Shown here: piece after piece, positions 59,353 through 64,000 of the stretch
How positions within the stretch are numbered: the first letter of the stretch is position 1
How the letters are laid out: every line of letters starts with the position of its first letter
Virus record (IMG/VR): IMGVR_UViG_3300047481_001036
Strand: one strand, 5' to 3'
DNA length: 64,000 bases
Source of the DNA: a virus
The notes under the pieces: model-generated
The model's input: the letters and a program-made list of their open reading frames with translations, nothing else
What the model was told of the DNA's origin: nothing
The model's database searches: none
Made by a program: the position numbers and the translations under genes

Positions 59353-59430
59353 TAAACCCTTGTGGCGTAAAGACTTACGTCATAAAGGGCCCGCCCCGCG
59401 ATACCTAAGTCGTTGCAGCATAAAGACTTA
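59353..59430. repeat. Double-palindrome element R8
   Basis: TAAA CCC TT GTGGCGT AA AGA CTTA -28- TAAG TCG TT GCAGCAT AA AGA CTTA. Confidence 0.9.
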
Positions 59431-59448
59431 GGATCAATCTTTACACAC

Positions 59449-59463
59449 GCAAATACTGTGCCA
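59449..59463 (-). promoter_or_regulatory. Sigma54 (-24/-12) consensus match, reverse orientation
   Basis: Minus strand TGGCACA-GTAT-TTGC. Confidence 0.45.
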
Positions 59464-59548
59464 TAAAATTTTTGTTTTTCTCCAAAGTTTGAACTTGCAT
59501 TTGGTCGATAATTAGTGTAGACTCAGAGCATCAAGAGGAGGAAGAATC

Positions 59549-59707
59549 ATGCTCAACGATTTTGATGATGTGAATCGGATTCTTGCAGAGATGGCCGACG
59601 ATGGTATGATTGAGCCTATTGATGATCCCAATGTCGAAATTAACTTTTGGGATTGGGCAGATGTGGTGGGGTGTGTAGAAGATTTTGTCCCCGAGGAGGC
59701 GTTTTGA
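59549..59707 (+). CDS. 52-aa acidic protein
   Basis: MLNDFDDVNRILAEMADDGMIEPIDD...; GAGGAGG RBS; promoter at 59495-59523. Confidence 0.7.
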   Translation: MLNDFDDVNRILAEMADDGMIEPIDDPNVEINFWDWADVVGCVEDFVPEEAF

Positions 59708-59790
59708 TGTTGGATTTGCTCTTGACGGTATGCGGAGTCGTGCTATACTTCGGATTCCTTTATTTGAACCTCACTCTGGAAAGGAACTAA
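59707..59790 (+). CDS. 27-aa hydrophobic peptide
   Basis: TGATG coupling; MLDLLLTVCGVVLYFGFLYLNLTLERN. Confidence 0.5.
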   Translation: MLDLLLTVCGVVLYFGFLYLNLTLERN

Positions 59791-59791
59791 T

Positions 59792-60070
59792 ATGAGTCAC
59801 CCAGATCCCCTTTTTGATCCTGATAACTCTTATGAGGATGATATGAATTACGACTATTATAACGATTACTTTGACGAGGATAGTAGTAACTATCATCCGG
59901 ATGCGGATCATGAGATTTCTACTCATACTGATGATGATTATGAGAACGAGGAAGAAGATGTTTGGAATGATGATGTCGATGATAGTATGGATGGAGATTT
60001 CGACAGTGCCATGCGAGATGCTGGATTTGGGACAGACGAGGATTATGGCTATTATGGAGAAGATTTCTAA
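59792..60070 (+). CDS. Hyper-acidic 92-aa protein
   Basis: About 35 D/E, one Arg, no Lys; C-terminal AGFGTDEDYG. Confidence 0.8.
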   Translation: MSHPDPLFDPDNSYEDDMNYDYYNDYFDEDSSNYHPDADHEISTHTDDDYENEEEDVWNDDVDDSMDGDFDSAMRDAGFGTDEDYGYYGEDF

Positions 60071-60273
60071 TGTTGACGATAAAAGAGTTTCGACAGTTGG
60101 TAAATGCTGAACTGAATAAACAGTGTGGTCTCTCTCTTGGTGATCTGCCAGATTTTGATCTGTACAATTACTATGATCCAGAACTGAATCCGCAAGAAGC
60201 CAATGATATTGCAGTGGAAGCGGCACATGATTTGCTCTATGAGGAAGGCTTTCCTCTGGAAGAAATGGTGTGA
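60070..60273 (+). CDS. Acidic hypothetical protein
   Basis: TAATG coupling; GLSLGDLPDFD motif. Confidence 0.75.
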   Translation: MLTIKEFRQLVNAELNKQCGLSLGDLPDFDLYNYYDPELNPQEANDIAVEAAHDLLYEEGFPLEEMV

Positions 60274-60275
60274 TC

Positions 60276-60353
60276 TAAACCGTTGTGGCGTAAGCACTTA
60301 CGTCGCGGCGGGCCGCAAAAACAAGCCATAAGTCTTTATATGACAAGACTTTA
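60276..60353. repeat. Double-palindrome element R9
   Basis: TAAA CCG TT GTGGCGT AA GCA CTTA -28- TAAG TCT TT ATATGAC AA GAC TTTA. Confidence 0.9.
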
Positions 60354-60417
60354 GAGACAAAATATTTTTTCTGAAGTTTTCTCTTGACTCTGACCGATAA
60401 TAGAGTAAGATAAGCGT

Positions 60418-60576
60418 ATGATGAAAAAGCAAAAAATCAAACTGGAAGTTAAGCCAATCTGGGCAATTGGCAAGGGTCATAACGTCCACAATAGCGGCTC
60501 GGGTCAGCACGACAATAGACCCAAGAGACTCCGTACCCGTCAATCAAGGAATAATCAGGCTATAAATGACTGGTAG
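60418..60576 (+). CDS. 52-aa basic peptide
   Basis: MMKKQKIKLEVKPIWAIGKGHNVHNSGSGQHDNRPKRLRTRQSRNNQAINDW; ATG 6 nt after -10, probably leaderless. Confidence 0.65.
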   Translation: MMKKQKIKLEVKPIWAIGKGHNVHNSGSGQHDNRPKRLRTRQSRNNQAINDW

Positions 60577-60578
60577 TC

Positions 60579-60624
60579 TCTGCTAATCTTATGGAATCGG
60601 CTGGTGTGGCTGTAGTCAGCGAAA
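60579..60624 (+). repeat. Second intergenic motif, copy 1
   Basis: CTGCTAATCTTATGGAATCGGCTGGTGTGGCTGTAGTCAGCGAAA. Confidence 0.6.
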
Positions 60625-60685
60625 ATATAGCGGTCTTGACAATCAAAAATTACAGTGTAGAATCTATAAAAAGAAAGGATTGGTT

Positions 60686-60982
60686 ATGGCTGGTATGACT
60701 CTGCAAGATTGGATTAATGCTTATATTCCCAAGGAGAATGAGAAGAATATGGTGAAGGTTAATGTTACTCACACAGATACTTTTGGTGGTGAACCTAACT
60801 ATGGTTGGGTAAAGCGTCATGAGTTTACCATTCATAAACATGCTTCGCAACGTAATATCGTTCGCAAGGCTAAGGCTCTGGCTGGAATGACGGGGGTTAA
60901 GGCCGATACTTATGATTACGGAGATAGTTATACCGTAAAGCCTAGAGGCTATCATCAGGTTATTTTTGTGGATTTTGAGTGA
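60686..60982 (+). CDS. Hypothetical early protein
   Basis: TDTFGGEPNYGWVKR motif; promoter at 60636-60663. Confidence 0.75.
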   Translation: MAGMTLQDWINAYIPKENEKNMVKVNVTHTDTFGGEPNYGWVKRHEFTIHKHASQRNIVRKAKALAGMTGVKADTYDYGDSYTVKPRGYHQVIFVDFE

Positions 60983-60991
60983 ACATCACCC

Positions 60992-61068
60992 TAAACCCTT
61001 GGTGCTTCGGCACTTAGGGTGGCGGGTGCGGCCGAGCTGGTCGTAAGTTCTTATTTCTCAACACTTTA
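60992..61068. repeat. Double-palindrome element R10
   Basis: TAAA CCC TT GGTGCTT CG GCA CTTA -27- TAAG TTC TT ATTTCTC AA CAC TTTA. Confidence 0.85.
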
Positions 61069-61099
61069 TAGCTAAAATATTTTTTTTAAGTTTTTTCTC

Positions 61100-61127
61100 T
61101 TGACAAGCCGATAATATATGGTAGAAT
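61100..61127 (+). promoter_or_regulatory. Sigma70 promoter with CCGATAAT box
   Basis: TTGACA-16-TAGAAT. Confidence 0.85.
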
Positions 61128-61152
61128 CCAAAGATGAAAGAGAGAGTGAAAA

Positions 61153-61341
61153 ATGAGTAGATATTATGAGGATCGTTGGAATCCGTATAATCGTCATGAT
61201 ACGGGTATGTATGTTGTCTATCGTAAGAGTGACAATAAGCACCTAGGAACGGTAGTGGATTGTCATACTGCTAGCGAAGCCAAACGTAAGGCTTATGACG
61301 AATATGGTTGTGAGTGCTATGTAAGTGAGATTGAGGAATAG
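61153..61341 (+). CDS. 62-aa protein of the GxV...EA...A...[YW]G family
   Basis: YVVYRKSDNKHLGTVVDCHTASEAKRKAYDEYG. Confidence 0.75.
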   Translation: MSRYYEDRWNPYNRHDTGMYVVYRKSDNKHLGTVVDCHTASEAKRKAYDEYGCECYVSEIEE

Positions 61342-61346
61342 TTAGT

Positions 61347-61556
61347 ATGAAAAAGTTGAGTAATATGGATCTGGATGACTTGCAGTTCGATGCTCAGTTG
61401 ATGGGTTTTAGAGTTGTGTACCTGGAAAAGCCTCTTGACTGGAATCATTTTGTGTTGTATCATCTTATGCCACAGTTGACTTATGTTGGTCACTATAGAA
61501 CTTTGAACGATGTGCGTATGGATATGCAACAGCACTATGTACCAGCAGGAGTTTGA
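61347..61556 (+). CDS. Hypothetical early protein
   Basis: GAGG RBS, tandem in unit. Confidence 0.7.
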   Translation: MKKLSNMDLDDLQFDAQLMGFRVVYLEKPLDWNHFVLYHLMPQLTYVGHYRTLNDVRMDMQQHYVPAGV

Positions 61557-61557
61557 A

Positions 61558-61821
61558 ATGAACGGTTATGAACTGATTGCTCAACTGAATGAGATTGTGA
61601 AGGATATAGTACTGGTTCCTAATAGTTTGCTTCCTGAAAACTTTCAAGATCATAGAACTGATAGTGTGAGTTTGGCCGATCTGGAAGACAAGTGCGATAG
61701 TATGGAACGTAGTGAAACTGACCACGAAGAAGAGAAGAGGGAAAAGGCTCGTCGTGTTGAGTTGTATCGTGAGATGATGCATAATGGGCGGGAAATATCC
61801 TATCTACGGAAGGGGCTGTGA
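61558..61821 (+). CDS. Hypothetical early protein
   Basis: AGGAG RBS, start MNGYEL. Confidence 0.7.
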   Translation: MNGYELIAQLNEIVKDIVLVPNSLLPENFQDHRTDSVSLADLEDKCDSMERSETDHEEEKREKARRVELYREMMHNGREISYLRKGL

Positions 61822-62114
61822 TGAACGGTAATAATCCGTATTGGCCTTATTGGTTGAGTAATACTCTAAACTTTACCTACCATGGTAAGAATGTTTGGGG
61901 TACTATTATGAGATTTGGTAATGGCTTCGTTACCATGATTACGAAAGATGGTTATCGTAATTATTGTTGGAATAAGATGGGTCCTATTATATTGTATCAG
62001 TGTGCTGTGCAGGAGCTTATAAAAAATTACCAGTATCACAATGATCAAAATTTTAAATATTTATATGATTTTTACGGACCTTATGTGCAGCCTTATCCTT
62101 GGAAAGAGGATTAA
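61818..62114 (+). CDS. Hypothetical early protein (aromatic-rich)
   Basis: Overlapping start; ends 4 bp before R11. Confidence 0.7.
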   Translation: MMNGNNPYWPYWLSNTLNFTYHGKNVWGTIMRFGNGFVTMITKDGYRNYCWNKMGPIILYQCAVQELIKNYQYHNDQNFKYLYDFYGPYVQPYPWKED

Positions 62115-62118
62115 TCTC

Positions 62119-62196
62119 TAAAGTCTTGCAATTAAAAGACTTAGAAGCAAGCGACACCGCCGGATTTGACGTAAGTTCTTACTCCTTAATGCTTTA
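62119..62196. repeat. Double-palindrome element R11
   Basis: TAAA GTC TT GCAATTA AA AGA CTTA -28- TAAG TTC TT ACTCCTT AA TGC TTTA. Confidence 0.9.
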
Positions 62197-62280
62197 CGAT
62201 CAAAAAAATTTTTTTAAGATTTTTCGCTTGACAAGCCGATAATAGTATTGTAGGATAGAACGCAAGAAAGAGAGGACAGT

Positions 62281-62502
62281 ATGCAACACCGTTTCTTTGA
62301 TATTGTGGTCGAAACTGAAAGTGGTGAGGTTGGGGTGGATAAGGAGTTTACACTGGATATTCCTGAGCATGACACTAGTAATGCTATGGAACGTGCAGAA
62401 TATCTGGGGATTATGATGGATACGCTGGTTGCGACAAGCGGACTTGCTGTATGCTCTTTCCGCAGCGAGATTGTGGAAAATTTTGCTCAAGTTTGCTCTT
62501 GA
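62281..62502 (+). CDS. Hypothetical early protein
   Basis: Promoter TTGACA-17-TAGGAT (62228-62256); GAGGA RBS. Confidence 0.75.
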   Translation: MQHRFFDIVVETESGEVGVDKEFTLDIPEHDTSNAMERAEYLGIMMDTLVATSGLAVCSFRSEIVENFAQVCS

Positions 62503-62568
62503 CAATTGATGATAATAGTGTAGAATGTTGGAAACGTCATGGTTAGATTTCTCTAAGAAAGGTTTGAT

Positions 62569-62976
62569 ATGAACGATACGACGATTACTCTTGTTGCGGT
62601 TGGTGTTGGCGTGGTGTTTGCTGTGGGTTTCTTTCTGTTTAGTGCGATTCGTGGTGTGCATGGTTCTCTTGCTAATGCCAAGGTTGGAGATATTTTCAAC
62701 TTTGAATATGAGCAACCACATCATGGTGATCCCGAGCGTGTTCTTGCCAAGGTTATCGAGCCGGTTTATACGCTGGACGATCTCCAGATTCGCAGGCTCA
62801 ATGCTCGCAGTCGGTATCGGGCTAATGACCCTAATTTCAAACGTACTAAGCATCTGGTTACTTGCCAGACGAATGATGGTAAGATTCGCAATTTTTATGC
62901 AGAGCGTACTAAGAACGTGCGTAGGTTGCCTATCTCTCATCCCTTGTTTCGTAAGGTAGCCGCGATGGTTCTCTAA
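62569..62976 (+). CDS. Membrane-anchored protein, possibly WYL/SH3-like C-domain
   Basis: N-terminal TM; FEYEQP...ER...LVTCQTNDGKIRNFYAER. Confidence 0.7.
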   Translation: MNDTTITLVAVGVGVVFAVGFFLFSAIRGVHGSLANAKVGDIFNFEYEQPHHGDPERVLAKVIEPVYTLDDLQIRRLNARSRYRANDPNFKRTKHLVTCQTNDGKIRNFYAERTKNVRRLPISHPLFRKVAAMVL

Positions 62977-63006
62977 AAATTGAGCGTCCATAAAAACCCC
63001 TAATCC

Positions 63007-63084
63007 TAAGTTGTTGCTATGGCAGAACTTAGGACGGGGCGGCGCCGCTAAATTTTCCATAAGTGCTTATCTAATATAGGGTTA
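63007..63084. repeat. Double-palindrome element R12
   Basis: TAAG TTG TT GCTATGG CA GAA CTTA -28- TAAG TGC TT ATCTAAT AT AGG GTTA. Confidence 0.85.
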
Positions 63085-63101
63085 CGATAACTAAATTTTT
63101 C

Positions 63102-63129
63102 TTGACAAATTGCCGATAATAGATATAAT
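63102..63129 (+). promoter_or_regulatory. Sigma70 promoter with CCGATAAT box
   Basis: TTGACA-16-TATAAT. Confidence 0.85.
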
Positions 63130-63147
63130 CAGGCTAAGGAGAAAGTG

Positions 63148-63291
63148 ATGCACACTTGGCGAGTTTGGCAAAATAATCGGATTGTTGGTTATATAACCGC
63201 AGTATCCGAATACGAAGCATACGCAAAAGCCACTGATAAATACGGACGGTATCTTTGGGTTGAACGAATACTAGATAACTGTCCTGCCTAA
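63148..63291 (+). CDS. 47-aa protein of the GxV...EA...A...[YW]G family
   Basis: MHTWRVWQNNRIVGYITAVSEYEAYAKATDKYGRYLWVERILDNCPA; AAGGAG RBS. Confidence 0.75.
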   Translation: MHTWRVWQNNRIVGYITAVSEYEAYAKATDKYGRYLWVERILDNCPA

Positions 63292-63329
63292 TCCTACGGA
63301 TTTGGGTTGTGTGGGTGTAGTCAGCGAAA
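63284..63329 (+). repeat. Second intergenic motif, copy 2
   Basis: CTGCCTAATCCTACGGATTTGGGTTGTGTGGGTGTAGTCAGCGAAA. Confidence 0.6.
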
Positions 63330-63343
63330 CTTAGAGGACTATA

Positions 63344-63523
63344 ATGAGTGCAATATCGAATGCTGTTGAATCTTTATTCAAAACTAAAAATGTAGAATTT
63401 TCTCAGTTTGAAATATGTATGCTTATTGCTGGTCTATATCTTTTGAAGGATAAACAAGAAGAATTCTATAAAGGAATGATTCACAATCTAATCGAAAAAG
63501 TTTCTAAAGTTGAGGACACTTGA
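63344..63523 (+). CDS. 59-aa hypothetical protein
   Basis: GAGGA RBS; MSAISNAVESLF... Confidence 0.65.
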   Translation: MSAISNAVESLFKTKNVEFSQFEICMLIAGLYLLKDKQEEFYKGMIHNLIEKVSKVEDT

Positions 63524-63557
63524 CAGCCGATAATGGCTATGCTAGAATCTAAAATCT

Positions 63558-63731
63558 ATGGTAGACTACTCTGACGATACGTTTAGCATTGTGGAGATGA
63601 TTGCTAACGGCAAGGGACTTGCTCTGGTTTGTCATTATCACTACGAGTTGCATAATGGCGATGAGGTGGTATACTGGTCGTACTACTTGCACGATATTCT
63701 AAAGTTTTTGAGGAACTATAAAAATGCCTAA
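63558..63731 (+). CDS. 57-aa hypothetical protein
   Basis: Follows promoter TTGACA-17-TAGAAT (63520-63548). Confidence 0.55.
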   Translation: MVDYSDDTFSIVEMIANGKGLALVCHYHYELHNGDEVVYWSYYLHDILKFLRNYKNA

Positions 63732-64000
63732 CTGGTGCCTGAATAAGTTGACCGTTTCCCATGCAGATAAGACTGCTATGGATAGGTTTGTGGAGTCTTA
63801 CAATAAAGGAACTGTTTGTAATGAGTTTCTACCTATACCAAGCGATATTGGCGATGGATGGTACGATTGGTGCGTAAATAACTGGGGAACAAAGTGGGAT
63901 ATTGGTGCGGACTTAGGAACAGAGAGAGAAGAGTTTCATGGTCTAAAGGCCACTGTGGTGGACAATGAGGCTTGTTGTTCATTTGACAGTGCTTGGGCTC
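63724..64000 (+). CDS. DUF1281/YubB-like ferredoxin-fold protein (3'-truncated)
   Basis: MPNWCxNxL...WYDWCVNNWGTKWD...FDSAW. Confidence 0.8.
   Translation, partial: MPNWCLNKLTVSHADKTAMDRFVESYNKGTVCNEFLPIPSDIGDGWYDWCVNNWGTKWDIGADLGTEREEFHGLKATVVDNEACCSFDSAWA

Noticed and set aside
60566-60624. Hammerhead or HDV-like ribozyme call for the second motif
   Set aside because: CUGANGA core absent and no convincing nested pseudoknot could be built by hand
54506-63060. Long minus-strand ORFs in the early region (54506-55267, 59771-60226, 62200-63060 etc.)
   Set aside because: They run antisense across plus-strand genes that have promoters and RBSs, and across repeats
53857-63084. CRISPR array interpretation of the repeats
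   Set aside because: Repeats are 77-78 bp and degenerate, separated by 0.5-1.1 kb of promoter-bearing genes; no cas genes
53857-63084. Canonical integron (attC/IntI)
   Set aside because: No RYYYAAC...GTTRRRY ends in general, no clear extrahelical bases, no intI in window; only an architectural analogy is claimed
53857-63084. Repeats as simple Rho-independent terminators
   Set aside because: No consistent GC stem directly followed by a U tract; conservation is in spaced half-sites and fixed 52-53 bp phasing
1-64000. Alternative genetic code, tRNA or rRNA genes
   Set aside because: Genes are full length and tightly packed in code 11 with all three stops used; no tRNA/rRNA-like sequence recognised by eye (tRNAscan not run)

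Overview
The window is a 64-kb piece of a large, AT-rich tailed dsDNA phage. It is probably a siphovirus (no sheath gene seen), and the host is probably in Planctomycetota (ESLETRSLL signal motif on a subtilase, planctomycete-like HU/IHF and FGE-type domain). Positions 1-50.7 kb on the minus strand hold a sigma-like factor, gmd, HNH and ERCC4 nucleases, terminase, portal, protease/scaffold, capsid and neck genes. They continue with three tandem tail-tube paralogs, a 5017-aa tape measure protein carrying enzyme-like inserts (PD-(D/E)XK nuclease, P-loop kinase plus HIGH nucleotidyltransferase, J-domain) between repeated DTVPAMLTPGEFV / xxGG motifs, and Cys-rich, FN3, LamG and circularly permuted FGE tail/receptor proteins. 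Positions 50.8-53.8 kb on the plus strand hold an HTH protein, a frameshifted fcl and an S8 protease. Positions 53.85-64 kb on the plus strand are an early/accessory region cut into 12 modules by 12 copies of a 77-78 bp double-palindrome element with attC-like symmetry. Each copy typically lies just after a stop codon and is followed by a sigma70 promoter carrying a CGATA box. The two best candidates for undescribed systems are this cassette-like array and the cargo-carrying tape measure polyprotein. All calls come from manual motif reading; no database searches were run.
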